A DNA stretch of 64,000 nt from the NCBI RefSeq assembly GCF_003018255.1, contig NZ_CP027440.1; one strand, written 5' to 3'. The position numbers were made by a program, and so were the translations under genes. The stretch's first letter is position 1, and the number at the start of each line of letters is the position of its first letter. The notes under the pieces were generated by a model. That model had not been told where the DNA came from. It saw only the letters and a program-made list of their open reading frames with translations, and did not search any database. Shown in pieces: positions 1 through 14,472 of the stretch. This DNA comes from Escherichia coli (GTDB lineage: Bacteria; Pseudomonadota; Gammaproteobacteria; Enterobacterales; Enterobacteriaceae).

Positions 1-167
1 GTCTGGCGGGCGGAAAAGGTCGCATTGTTGGGACGTTGATCGGCGCATTAATTCTTGGCTTCCTTAATAATGGATTGAATTTGTTAGGTGTTTCCTCCTA
101 TTACCAGATGATCGTCAAAGCGGTGGTGATTTTGCTGGCGGTGCTGGTAGACAACAAAAAGCAGTAA
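1..167 (+). CDS. rbsC: ribose ABC transporter permease RbsC, 3' end (partial, runs off window edge)
   Basis: In-frame hydrophobic C-terminus ...AVVILLAVLVDNKKQ with stop at 165-167, directly upstream of rbsB in the canonical rbs order. Confidence 0.8.
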   Translation, partial: LAGGKGRIVGTLIGALILGFLNNGLNLLGVSSYYQMIVKAVVILLAVLVDNKKQ

Positions 168-191
168 TAACGACTACAGGACATCTTGAAT

Positions 192-1082
192 ATGAACATG
201 AAAAAACTGGCTACCCTGGTTTCCGCTGTTGCGCTAAGCGCCACCGTCAGTGCGAATGCGATGGCAAAAGACACCATCGCGCTGGTGGTCTCCACGCTTA
301 ACAACCCGTTCTTTGTATCGCTGAAAGATGGCGCGCAGAAAGAGGCGGATAAACTTGGCTATAACCTGGTGGTGCTGGACTCCCAGAACAACCCGGCGAA
401 AGAGCTGGCGAACGTGCAGGACTTAACCGTTCGCGGCACCAAAATTCTGCTGATTAACCCGACCGACTCCGACGCAGTGGGTAATGCTGTGAAGATGGCT
501 AACCAGGCGAACATCCCGGTTATCACTCTTGACCGCCAGGCAACGAAAGGTGAAGTGGTGAGCCACATTGCTTCTGATAACGTACTGGGCGGCAAAATCG
601 CCGGTGATTACATCGCGAAGAAAGCGGGTGAAGGTGCCAAAGTTATCGAGCTGCAAGGCATTGCCGGTACATCCGCAGCCCGTGAACGTGGCGAAGGCTT
701 CCAGCAGGCTGTTGCTGCTCACAAGTTTAATGTTCTTGCCAGCCAGCCAGCAGATTTTGATCGCACTAAAGGTTTGAACGTAATGCAGAACCTGTTGACC
801 GCACATCCGGATGTTCAGGCTGTATTCGCGCAGAATGATGAAATGGCGCTGGGCGCGCTGCGCGCACTGCAAACTGCCGGTAAATCGGATGTGATGGTCG
901 TCGGATTTGACGGTACACCGGATGGCGAAAAAGCGGTGAATGATGGCAAACTAGCAGCGACTATCGCTCAGCTACCCGATCAGATTGGCGCGAAAGGCGT
1001 CGAAACCGCAGATAAAGTACTGAAAGGCGAGAAAGTTCAGGCTAAGTATCCGGTTGATCTGAAACTGGTTGTTAAGCAGTAG
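192..1082 (+). CDS. rbsB: ribose ABC transporter periplasmic binding protein
   Basis: ORF 186..1082; translation [33 protein letters not shown]... has signal peptide and matches RbsB (296 aa from the ATG at 192). Confidence 0.95.
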   Translation: MNMKKLATLVSAVALSATVSANAMAKDTIALVVSTLNNPFFVSLKDGAQKEADKLGYNLVVLDSQNNPAKELANVQDLTVRGTKILLINPTDSDAVGNAVKMANQANIPVITLDRQATKGEVVSHIASDNVLGGKIAGDYIAKKAGEGAKVIELQGIAGTSAARERGEGFQQAVAAHKFNVLASQPADFDRTKGLNVMQNLLTAHPDVQAVFAQNDEMALGALRALQTAGKSDVMVVGFDGTPDGEKAVNDGKLAATIAQLPDQIGAKGVETADKVLKGEKVQAKYPVDLKLVVKQ

Positions 1083-1207
1083 TTTTAATCAGGTTGTATG
1101 ACCTGATGGTGACATAAATACGGCATCGACAGATGAACGTGTAATATAAAGAAAAGCAGGGCACGCGCCACCCTAACACGGTGGCGCATTTTATGGACAT
1201 CCCGAAT

Positions 1208-2137
1208 ATGCAAAACGCAGGCAGCCTCGTTGTTCTTGGCAGCATTAATGCTGACCACATTCTTAATCTTCAATCTTTTCCTACCCCAGGCGAAACCGTA
1301 ACCGGTAACCACTATCAGGTTGCATTTGGCGGCAAAGGCGCGAATCAGGCTGTGGCTGCTGGGCGTAGCGGTGCGAATATCGCGTTTATTGCCTGTACTG
1401 GCGATGACAGCATTGGCGAGAGCGTTCGCCAGCAGCTCGCCACTGATAACATCGATATTTCTCCGGTCAGCGTGATCAAAGGCGAATCAACAGGTGTGGC
1501 GCTGATTTTTGTTAATGGCGAAGGTGAGAATGTCATTGGTATTCATGCCGGCGCTAATGCTGCCCTTTCCCCGGCGCTGGTGGAAGCGCAACGTGAGCGT
1601 ATTGCCAACGCGTCAGCATTATTAATGCAGCTGGAATCACCACTCGAAAGTGTGATGGCAGCGGCGAAAATCGCCCATCAAAATAAGACTATCGTTGCGC
1701 TTAACCCGGCTCCGGCTCGCGAACTTCCTGACGAACTGCTGGCGCTGGTGGACATTATTACGCCAAACGAAACGGAAGCAGAAAAGCTCACCGGTATTCG
1801 TGTTGAAAATGATGAAGATGCAGCGAAGGCGGCGCAGGTACTGCATGAAAAAGGTATCCGTACTGTACTGATTACTTTAGGAAGTCGTGGTGTATGGGCT
1901 AGCGTGAATGGTGAAGGTCAGCGCGTTCCTGGATTCCGGGTGCAGGCTGTCGATACCATTGCTGCCGGAGATACCTTTAACGGCGCGTTAATCACGGCGT
2001 TGCTGGAAGAAAAACCATTGCCAGAGGCGATTCGGTTTGCCCATGCTGCCGCTGCGATTGCCGTAACACGTAAAGGCGCACAACCTTCCGTACCGTGGCG
2101 TGAAGAGATCGACGCATTTTTAGACAGGCAGAGGTGA
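1208..2137 (+). CDS. rbsK: ribokinase
   Basis: ORF 1181..2137; MQNAGSLVVLGSINADH... PfkB-family sugar kinase, 309 aa from the internal ATG. Confidence 0.93.
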   Translation: MQNAGSLVVLGSINADHILNLQSFPTPGETVTGNHYQVAFGGKGANQAVAAGRSGANIAFIACTGDDSIGESVRQQLATDNIDISPVSVIKGESTGVALIFVNGEGENVIGIHAGANAALSPALVEAQRERIANASALLMQLESPLESVMAAAKIAHQNKTIVALNPAPARELPDELLALVDIITPNETEAEKLTGIRVENDEDAAKAAQVLHEKGIRTVLITLGSRGVWASVNGEGQRVPGFRVQAVDTIAAGDTFNGALITALLEEKPLPEAIRFAHAAAAIAVTRKGAQPSVPWREEIDAFLDRQR

Positions 2138-2140
2138 CGC

Positions 2141-3133
2141 TTGGCTACAATGAAAGATGTTGCCCGCCTGGCGGGCGTTTCTACCTCAACAGTTTCTCAC
2201 GTTATCAATAAAGATCGCTTCGTCAGTGAAGCGATTACCGCCAAAGTTGAAGCGGCGATTAAAGAACTCAATTACGCGCCATCAGCCCTGGCGCGTAGCC
2301 TCAAACTCAATCAAACACATACCATTGGCATGTTGATCACTGCCAGTACCAATCCTTTCTATTCAGAACTGGTGCGTGGCGTTGAACGCAGCTGCTTCGA
2401 ACGCGGTTATAGTCTCGTCCTTTGCAATACCGAAGGCGATGAACAGCGGATGAATCGCAATCTGGAAACGCTGATGCAAAAACGCGTTGATGGCTTGCTG
2501 TTACTGTGCACCGAAACGCATCAACCTTCGCGTGAAATCATGCAACGTTATCCGACAGTGCCTACTGTGATGATGGACTGGGCTCCGTTCGATGGCGACA
2601 GCGATCTTATTCAGGATAACTCGTTGCTGGGCGGAGACTTAGCAACGCAATATCTGATCGATAAAGGTCATACCCGTATCGCCTGTATTACCGGTCCGCT
2701 GGATAAAACTCCGGCGCGCCTGCGGTTGGAAGGTTATCGGGCGGCGATGAAACGTGCGGGTCTCAACATTCCTGATGGCTATGAAGTCACTGGTGATTTT
2801 GAATTTAACGGCGGGTTTGACGCCATGCGCCAACTGTTATCACATCCGCTGCGTCCTCAGGCCGTCTTTACCGGAAATGACGCTATGGCTGTTGGCGTTT
2901 ACCAGGCGCTGTATCAGGCAGAGTTACAGGTTCCGCAGGATATCGCGGTGATTGGCTATGACGATATCGAACTGGCAAGCTTTATGACGCCACCATTAAC
3001 CACTATCCACCAACCGAAAGATGAACTGGGGGAACTGGCGATTGATGTACTCATCCATCGGATAACCCAGCCGACCCTTCAGCAACAACGATTACAACTT
3101 ACTCCGATTCTGATGGAACGCGGTTCGGCTTAG
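2141..3133 (+). CDS. rbsR: LacI-family ribose operon repressor
   Basis: 330-aa ORF with N-terminal HTH ([23 protein letters not shown]), start as given by the ORF track (non-ATG start in my hand reading); follows rbsK. Confidence 0.93.
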
Positions 3134-4526
3134 ATTTACGCTGTCTTTTGATCAAATTATTACCATCAGTTGTTTTCAGAAGCATGAACATTGCTGCTGA
3201 AGCAACAGTAATAATGCCCATCGTGATAAACGTATAGTGGAATTGTTCGACTGTCGTTGTGCCTTCCATCCCTTCATAAACGCGAAGGACGGCCGCACTT
3301 ACAGCAACGCCTAAACTGATAGACAGTTGCTGCGTGACCGCCAGAACACTGTTACCGCTGCTGGCGTTGTCATCGGTCAGATCGGCAAGTGTGATGGTAT
3401 TCATCGCGGTAAATTGCGTCGACATAGCCATCCCTAATATAAACAACGGCAAGATCAGCATCCATATCGCCATTGCCGGTGATTGCAAAGAGAACTGAGC
3501 GATCATTAGCCCAATAATCACCGTGATCCCAACTAACGTATGGCGATAGCCCAGACGACGTAAGACTTGGGTAACCATCGATTTTGCAATAATGGAACCT
3601 AACGCTGTCGGTGCCATCATACAGCCGGCAATAAACGCCTGATAACCAAATCCTACCTGTAACATCAATGGCATAAGGAACGGTACACAACCGGTCCCCA
3701 GACGGGTTGCAATATTGCCTACGATACCGATCGAGAAAGTGCGGGTTTTAAATAAATCTAATGAAATTAATGGGTTTGGCGTGCGTCGTGCATGGAGAAT
3801 ATAGAGAAGCAGTAACCCGATGCTGGTGACAATTACCGTCAAGGCAATCCAACTGGCGACAATCTTTTCCCCGAATAGCTCTATTCCGCTTGAGAAGAGA
3901 ACAAGGCTAAGGCCAAACAGCAAAAAGCCAGTGATATCGAATCTGCGTCGTGCGGTGGTGAAATTGGGCATATGTTTGCGCGCGTAAAGAAGGCCCGCAA
4001 TACCTATGGGGATATTGATTAAAAATATCCAGTGCCAGGTTGCCCAGGTGACCAGCACGCCGCCAAGAACAGGGCCTAAAATTGGCCCCACCAGACCCGG
4101 CATGGCGACAAAATTCAATACAGGAAGAAGCTCATTACGAGGATAAGCGCGCAGTAAGGCCAGCCGAGCAACAGGCATCATCATTGCGCCGCCTATCCCC
4201 TGAATAACCCGGAAGACAACCAGCTGTGGTAGCGAGTTAGAAAGTGCGCAGGCCAGAGAACCCAACGTGAACAGACTCACGGCAAGAGTAAATATGCGAC
4301 GCGTACCGAAGCGATCGGCTAGCCATCCGCTTACCGGAATAAGCATCGCCACCGTCAGCGTATAACTGATGATGGCTGATTGCATCGCGAGAGGAGAACG
4401 ATTAAGGCTATGAGCGATTGCGGGTAAGGCGGTATTCAGAATAGTGGCATCAAGTGCCTGCATGAAGAAGGCCATCGCCGCGATCCACGGCAAACCCGCC
4501 ATACTGCGCTTCTTTTTATCGCTCAT
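3099..4526 (-). CDS. hsrA: MFS-family multidrug/efflux transporter HsrA (YieO)
   Basis: 475-aa polytopic membrane ORF, convergent with and slightly overlapping the rbsR 3' end. Confidence 0.88.
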
Positions 4527-4548
4527 TCAATGTCCTGTTATCGGGGTG

Positions 4549-5241
4549 TCACTTATCAGGTGAGCGTAGCAGCGCCTGACAAGCTTTAAATGCCGCGTCG
4601 CCATCGCTTTGGATAATCGCGTCAACAATCGCCTGGTGCAGATCCAGCTTTATCACTGTGTCGCTGGTAATTGACGTGAAGTAAGTGTGATAAACCGAAT
4701 GGAAGAGCGAGGCGAATGAGGTCAAAAACGGATTGGCGCTCATTTCATAGATATGCTCATGCCAGGCCATATCGACCTCAATCCAGCGTTCACGGCGAAA
4801 GTTCTCTTTTAATGCCACCATTTCGGTCATTAACGTATTGAGATGCGCCTTCTGTTCCGCGGTGCCAACCATTGCTGCCAGTAGGCAAGCTTGCGGCTCC
4901 AGACAGATACGCATAACCAGAAAGTGATCGATGACCTGATGAAAGTTCTCTTCTGTCATCCACCAGGTAAGCAATTCCTGATCAAGAAAATTCCAGTTTG
5001 ATTGTGGCATGACCCGGGTACCAATTCGCGGTCGCGGTAAAACCATCCCTTTTGCCGTTAACGTTTTGACCGCTTCGCGTACCGCTGTACGACTCACTCC
5101 AAATTGCTCGCCCAGCTCAATCTCACCAGGCAAAATGGTGCCGGGTTCATATTCACCTTTTAAGATGCGTTGCGCCAGCTTCTCAGCCAGAACATACGAA
5201 AGGTTTTTCTGTGCAGCTAACTGTTGTGCGCTTAAAGGCAT
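4549..5241 (-). CDS. yieP: GntR/FadR-family transcriptional regulator YieP
   Basis: 230-aa ORF with N-terminal winged-helix region (GEIELGEQFGVSRTAVREAVKTL). Confidence 0.88.
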   Translation of the reverse strand: MPLSAQQLAAQKNLSYVLAEKLAQRILKGEYEPGTILPGEIELGEQFGVSRTAVREAVKTLTAKGMVLPRPRIGTRVMPQSNWNFLDQELLTWWMTEENFHQVIDHFLVMRICLEPQACLLAAMVGTAEQKAHLNTLMTEMVALKENFRRERWIEVDMAWHEHIYEMSANPFLTSFASLFHSVYHTYFTSITSDTVIKLDLHQAIVDAIIQSDGDAAFKACQALLRSPDK

Positions 5242-5393
5242 TACTAATCTTCCTTTTTCTTTTTATTCCTCCTTAGTATGCCACCAGGAAGTGTGATTAC
5301 GGTTGCAAAAACGGCAAATTGCTTGTTTTATGGCACATTAACGGGGTTTTTGCTGAAAAAATGCGCGGTCAGAAAATTATTTTAAATTTCCTC

Positions 5394-5421
5394 TTGTCAG
5401 GCCGGAATAACTCCCTATAAT
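5394..5421 (+). promoter_or_regulatory. rRNA operon P1 promoter (-35 TTGTCA, 16-bp spacer, -10 TATAAT) preceded by an AT-rich UP element
   Basis: ttgtcaggccggaataactccctataat read directly; AT-rich tract agaaaattattttaaatttcc immediately upstream. Confidence 0.85.
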
Positions 5422-5512
5422 GCGCCACCACTGACACGGAACAACGGCAAACACGCCGCCGGGTTAGCGGGGTTCTCCTGAGAATTCCGGCAGAGAAAGC
5501 AAAAACAAATGC

Positions 5513-5540
5513 TTGACTCTGTAGCGGGAAAGCGTATTAT
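5513..5540 (+). promoter_or_regulatory. rRNA operon P2 promoter (-35 TTGACT, -10 TATTAT); boxA-like antitermination element follows at about 5580-5600
   Basis: ttgactctgtagcgggaaagcgtattat read directly; tgctctttaacaatttatca downstream. Confidence 0.8.
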
Positions 5541-5722
5541 GCACACCCCGCGCCGCTGAGAAAAAAGCGAAGCGGCACTGCTCTTTAACAATTTATCAGA
5601 CAATCTGTGTGGGCACTCGAAGATACGGATTCTTAACGTCGCAAGACGAAAAATGAATACCAAGTCTCAAGAGTGAACACGTAATTCATTACGAAGTTTA
5701 ATTCTTTGAGCATCAAACTTTT

Positions 5723-7264
<1,542 letters not shown>

Positions 7265-7349
7265 CCTTAAAGAAGCGTACTTTGCAGTGCTCACACAGAT
7301 TGTCTGATAGAAAGTGAAAAGCAAGGCGTCTTGCGAAGCAGACTGATAC

Positions 7350-7425
7350 GTCCCCTTCGTCTAGAGGCCCAGGACACCGCCCTTTCACGGCGGTAACAGG
7401 GGTTCGAATCCCCTAGGGGACGCCA
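7350..7425 (+). tRNA. gltU: tRNA-Glu in the 16S-23S spacer
   Basis: GTCCCCTTCGTCTAGAGGCCCAGGACACCGCCCTTTCACGGCGGTAACAGGGGTTCGAATCCCCTAGGGGACGCCA. Confidence 0.95.
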
Positions 7426-7609
7426 CTTGCTGGTTTGTGAGTGAAAGTCACCTGCCTTAATATCTCAAAACTCATCTTCGGGTGATGTTTGAGATATTTG
7501 CTCTTTAAAAATCTGGATCAAGCTGAAAATTGAAACACTGAACAACGAAAGTTGTTCGTGAGTCTCTCAAATTTTCGCAACTCTGAAGTGAAACATCTTC
7601 GGGTTGTGA

Positions 7610-10515
<2,906 letters not shown>

Positions 10516-10612
10516 ACAACGCCGAAGATGTTTTGGCGGATGAGAGAAGATTTTCAGCCTGATACAGATTAAATCGACATGTCATAACGAGACGTGTTGA
10601 TAAAACAGAATT

Positions 10613-10732
10613 TGCCTGGCGGCCTTAGCGCGGTGGTCCCACCTGACCCCATGCCGAACTCAGAAGTGAAACGCCGTAGCGCCGATGGTAGTGTGGGGTC
10701 TCCCCATGCGAGAGTAGGGAACTGCCAGGCAT
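10613..10732 (+). rRNA. rrfC: 5S ribosomal RNA
   Basis: TGCCTGGCGGCC...GGGAACTGCCAGGCAT, 120 nt. Confidence 0.95.
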
Positions 10733-10784
10733 CAAATTAAGCAGTAAGCCGGTCATAAAACCGGTGGTTGTAAAAGAATTCGGT

Positions 10785-10861
10785 GGAGCGGTAGTTCAGT
10801 CGGTTAGAATACCTGCCTGTCACGCAGGGGGTCGCGGGTTCGAGTCCCGTCCGTTCCGCCA
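10785..10861 (+). tRNA. aspT: tRNA-Asp
   Basis: GGAGCGGTAGTTCAGTCGGTTAGAATACCTGCCTGTCACGCAGGGGGTCGCGGGTTCGAGTCCCGTCCGTTCCGCCA. Confidence 0.95.
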
Positions 10862-10869
10862 CCCTAATT

Positions 10870-10945
10870 AGGGGCGTAGTTCAATTGGTAGAGCACCGGT
10901 CTCCAAAACCGGGTGTTGGGAGTTCGAGTCTCTCCGCCCCTGCCA
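10870..10945 (+). tRNA. trpT: tRNA-Trp
   Basis: AGGGGCGTAGTTCAATTGGTAGAGCACCGGTCTCCAAAACCGGGTGTTGGGAGTTCGAGTCTCTCCGCCCCTGCCA. Confidence 0.95.
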
Positions 10946-10980
10946 GAAATCATCCTTAGCGAAAGCTAAGGATTTTTTTT
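10946..10980 (+). terminator. rRNA operon rho-independent terminator
   Basis: Hairpin catccttagcgaaagctaaggat followed by a T run. Confidence 0.8.
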
Positions 10981-11039
10981 ATCTGAAATAACCTCTCCGA
11001 AGTAAATCCTTCTACCGGCATCCTTGCCAGCCATTCAGA

Positions 11040-11879
11040 TTAATACACTTCATCCAGCACGTTAATTTTCAATAGATCGCGAATCAACGCATTTTTATCG
11101 CTATTTTGCAGCCATATGGCATAAAGCGGCCGTGAAAGTGTTGTGCTATCGACAACGGTATGCAGGCCGCCCTTTTTACGCGCCCAACTGACGGGTAGCC
11201 AGGTGCAACCATTAAGCGTCGCAATCTGTTGCTGTGCCAGTTCAGCAGAACTGGTTGTCAGAATGGGAACTTCGTCAGCACCGATCAAACCTGCCTCATG
11301 CTGTTGAAAATCTGGCCCCCATTCCAGTCGCAGATAGTTAAGATCTCCCTTTAGTTTAGAAGGGGCACTGGTATAAAGCGCTAAAGTGAAATACCCGAGC
11401 AACTGACTGCTAAATTCGTCCATTTTGGGCGCTTCAGTAGTAATAAGAAGATCAAGCTGGCGTTCATGCAGCTGTTTTACCAGAGACTGCCGTTGGGCAA
11501 TTCGCGCTTCGAACTGTAAGCCTGTATGGACATCCTGATTTTGATACAAGCGTCCCAGCCACTGATTAAGCATACATTCCCACAACGAGGCGCTGGCACC
11601 GATAGAAAACTCGTTATGTCGTGAGGTATGCGCCACCTCCTTACGGGCGGCCTGCCAGGTGCTCATGAGCGTTTCTGCATAAGGCAGTAGTTTTTCACCA
11701 GCAGCGGTTAAACGGATATTGTTTCTGTGGCGGGTGAAAAGGTTCACACCCAGTTGATTTTCCAGTTGTCTGATTCGAAAGCTCACGGCTGATTGGGTCA
11801 GATAGAGCGATTCAGCTGCTCGACCAAAGTGACGCGTTCGGCTAACTTCCAGGAAAGTTTTTAACAATTCCGTATCCAC
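11040..11879 (-). CDS. hdfR: LysR-type transcriptional regulator HdfR
   Basis: 279-aa ORF, N-terminal LysR HTH ([40 protein letters not shown]). Confidence 0.9.
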   Translation of the reverse strand: MDTELLKTFLEVSRTRHFGRAAESLYLTQSAVSFRIRQLENQLGVNLFTRHRNNIRLTAAGEKLLPYAETLMSTWQAARKEVAHTSRHNEFSIGASASLWECMLNQWLGRLYQNQDVHTGLQFEARIAQRQSLVKQLHERQLDLLITTEAPKMDEFSSQLLGYFTLALYTSAPSKLKGDLNYLRLEWGPDFQQHEAGLIGADEVPILTTSSAELAQQQIATLNGCTWLPVSWARKKGGLHTVVDSTTLSRPLYAIWLQNSDKNALIRDLLKINVLDEVY

Positions 11880-11997
11880 AGTGCTCTCCGCAAAATTATT
11901 TGTCGTTATGATTTAAATGTTTTGTTTTACACTCTGTCAAGCGTAACTAATACTCCGCGCCATAACTAGCTCGGTCAAAGAATTAGGAGCGTGCAGG

Positions 11998-12336
11998 ATG
12001 GCGGAAAGCTTTACGACGACTAATCGATATTTCGACAATAAACATTATCCACGTGGATTCTCTCGTCATGGTGACTTCACCATCAAAGAGGCACAACTGC
12101 TTGAGCGTCATGGTTATGCCTTCAATGAGTTGGATCTTGGCAAACGCGAGCCGGTTACCGAGGAAGAGAAACTCTTCGTAGCAGTATGCCGTGGCGAACG
12201 TGAGCCAGTGACAGAAGCAGAACGCGTGTGGTCCAAGTATATGACGCGTATCAAGCGTCCAAAACGTTTTCACACCCTTTCCGGCGGTAAACCGCAGGTT
12301 GAAGGTGCTGAAGACTACACCGATTCTGACGATTAA
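11998..12336 (+). CDS. maoP: MaoP (YifE), macrodomain Ori protein
   Basis: 112-aa acidic ORF divergent from hdfR; matches YifE by memory. Confidence 0.85.
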   Translation: MAESFTTTNRYFDNKHYPRGFSRHGDFTIKEAQLLERHGYAFNELDLGKREPVTEEEKLFVAVCRGEREPVTEAERVWSKYMTRIKRPKRFHTLSGGKPQVEGAEDYTDSDD

Positions 12337-12337
12337 T

Positions 12338-12364
12338 AAAAAGGGCGAAATGCCCTTTTTTTTA
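12338..12364. terminator. bidirectional rho-independent terminator between convergent maoP and comM
   Basis: aaaaagggcgaaatgcccttttttt hairpin flanked by A and T runs. Confidence 0.75.
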
Positions 12365-13882
12365 TGTCAGTAGTTTTTGCAGATGGATGAGCAAACGGTC
12401 AATCGCACGATAGCTAACTGCCTCCTGCAAATGCTGACGTGTGATAATGTCAGACTGATCAATATCAGCAATGGTTCGTGCAACTTTCAATAACCGCTGC
12501 CAGGCACGAATCGATAACCCCAGATGGATCAGCGTTTCTTCCAGCCACTGCGCATCTTCGCTCTCAAGCTTGCAGAATTGGCGTATTTCCGGATTATCCA
12601 GCCAGGCGTTCAGTTTATTCTGCCGCTTAAATTGGCGCTCTCTGGCGGCCATTACACGTTGTTTAACGGTGGTGCTGTTTTCTCCCTGCACTACCGTTTT
12701 ACTCAAAATGCCGGGGGGCGGTAATGGGATCTCTAGTGAGAGATCGAAGCGGTCGAGAAAGGGCCCCGAGAGCCGGTTGAGATAACGTAATGTCTGTTCT
12801 GGTGTGCAGCGGTTATGGTTTCCCTGATAATGTCCGGTAGGGCTGGGATTCATCGCCGCAACAAGTTGGAAACGGGCTGGATAGGTTATTTTTGCTCGTG
12901 TGCGTGAAAGATGGATCTGCCCGGATTCAATCGGCTCTCGCAAGGCATCCAGTGTACGCCGTTCAAATTCAGGTAGCTCATCAAGAAAAAGCACGCCGTT
13001 ATGCGCCAGCGAAATTTCACCTGGCCCTGGAATTGCACCACCGCCCACCATCGCAGTTAACGACGCACTGTGATGAGGTGAGCGGAATGGGCGCTGCCGC
13101 CATTGTTTTTGTACTGATTCAGCATTTACCAGACTTAATATCGCAGCGCTCTCCAGTGCCTCTTCATTGCTTAAATCTGGCAACAGGCCATTAATACGGC
13201 TGGCGAGCATTGTTTTACCTGTTCCCGGCGGCCCAATCAGTAAAAGGTTGTGCCCGCCAGCGGCGGTAATTTCCAGTCCTCGCTTTCCTTGCTCCTGACC
13301 GACAACATCACTGAGATCATGTTGTAGCGCCCGGGATACTGCATCAGTTGGTTTCGGGCGTTCGAGAGCGTGCTTACCCTCCAGAAACGCACAGACAGCC
13401 TGCAGATGATCGGCTATCAGGCATCCTTCACCGTTAATTAGCCCCACTTCATCCTCGTTATCTTTCGCGACGATAATTTTTCTGCCCGACTTAATGGCTT
13501 CAGTTGCACTGGAGATTGCGCCGGGAACGCCACGCAGAGCGCCTGTAAGCGCCAGTTCTCCGACTAATTCATATTCATCTAACTTATTGGCTGTAAGCTG
13601 TTCTGAGGCCGCCAGTAACGCAATAGCGATAGGCAAATCATATCGTCCCCCTTCTTTTGGCAGATCGGCTGGAGCAAGGTTGATGGTGATTTTTTTCGCC
13701 GGATATTCATATCCGCTATTGATAATGGCGCTGCGCACGCGATCGCGAGCTTCTTTTACCGTTGTTTCTGGTAAGCCCACCATCGTTAAGCCTGGTAGAC
13801 CTTTACTGATATGTACCTCAACAGTGATTGGGGGCGCATTTACTCCCAGGGCTGCGCGGGTATGAACAATTGACAGTGACAT
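12362..13882 (-). CDS. comM: Mg-chelatase-like AAA+ ATPase ComM (YifB)
   Basis: ORF 12362..13912; Walker A GPPGTGKT; 506 aa from internal start MSLSIVHTRAALGV. Confidence 0.9.
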   Translation of the reverse strand: MSLSIVHTRAALGVNAPPITVEVHISKGLPGLTMVGLPETTVKEARDRVRSAIINSGYEYPAKKITINLAPADLPKEGGRYDLPIAIALLAASEQLTANKLDEYELVGELALTGALRGVPGAISSATEAIKSGRKIIVAKDNEDEVGLINGEGCLIADHLQAVCAFLEGKHALERPKPTDAVSRALQHDLSDVVGQEQGKRGLEITAAGGHNLLLIGPPGTGKTMLASRINGLLPDLSNEEALESAAILSLVNAESVQKQWRQRPFRSPHHSASLTAMVGGGAIPGPGEISLAHNGVLFLDELPEFERRTLDALREPIESGQIHLSRTRAKITYPARFQLVAAMNPSPTGHYQGNHNRCTPEQTLRYLNRLSGPFLDRFDLSLEIPLPPPGILSKTVVQGENSTTVKQRVMAARERQFKRQNKLNAWLDNPEIRQFCKLESEDAQWLEETLIHLGLSIRAWQRLLKVARTIADIDQSDIITRQHLQEAVSYRAIDRLLIHLQKLLT

Positions 13883-14234
13883 AAGCCCTCCTTGAGTCAC
13901 CATTATGTGCATAAGATATCGCTGCTGTAGCCCGCTAATTCGTGAATTTTAGTGGCTGATTCCTGTTTATTTGTGCAAGTGAAGTTGAGTTGTTCTGGCG
14001 GTGGAATGATGCTCGCAAAAATGCAGCGGGCAAAGGATGAACTACGAGGAAGGGAACAACATTCATACTGAAATTGAATTTTTTTCACTCACTATTTTCT
14101 TTTTAAAAAACAACAATTTCTCTTGAAATTATTAAAGACATCATAAAAATCGGCCAAAAAATATCTTGTGCTATTCGCAAAATCTATGGTAACTCTTTAG
14201 GCATTCCTTCGAACAAGATGCAAGAAAAGACAAA

Positions 14235-14333
14235 ATGACAGCCCTTCTACGAGTGATTAGCCTGGTCGTGATTAGCGTGGTGGTGATTATTATCCCACCG
14301 TGCGGGGCTGCACTTGGACGAGGAAAGGCTTAG
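14235..14333 (+). CDS. ilvL: ilv operon leader peptide
   Basis: 32-codon ORF MTALLRVISLVVISVVVIIIPPCGAALGRGKA rich in Leu/Val/Ile regulatory codons, upstream of the attenuator. Confidence 0.92.
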   Translation: MTALLRVISLVVISVVVIIIPPCGAALGRGKA

Positions 14334-14354
14334 AGATCAAGCCTTAACGAACTA

Positions 14355-14389
14355 AGACCCCCGCACCGAAAGGTCCGGGGGTTTTTTTT
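14355..14389 (+). terminator. ilv attenuator terminator
   Basis: GC-rich hairpin agacccccgcaccgaaaggtccggggg followed by an 8-T run. Confidence 0.9.
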
Positions 14390-14419
14390 GACCTTAAAAA
14401 CATAACTGAGGAGCAGACA

Positions 14420-14470
14420 ATGAATAACAGCACAAAATTCTGTTTCTCAAGATTCAGGACGGGGAACTAA
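14420..14470 (+). CDS. ilvX: small protein IlvX (16 aa)
   Basis: [22 protein letters not shown] between the attenuator and ilvG; identity from memory of the K-12 annotation. Confidence 0.6.
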   Translation: MNNSTKFCFSRFRTGN

Positions 14471-14472
14471 CT

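Noticed and set aside
10516-10612. 23S-5S spacer and 5' end of 5S differ from the rrnB sequence as I remember it (...aaatcgacatgtcataacgagacgtgttgataaaacag..., 5S ...GGCGGCCTTAGC...)
   Set aside because: rRNA operons differ from one another within a genome and my recollection of the reference is imprecise, so this cannot be called unusual without an alignment.
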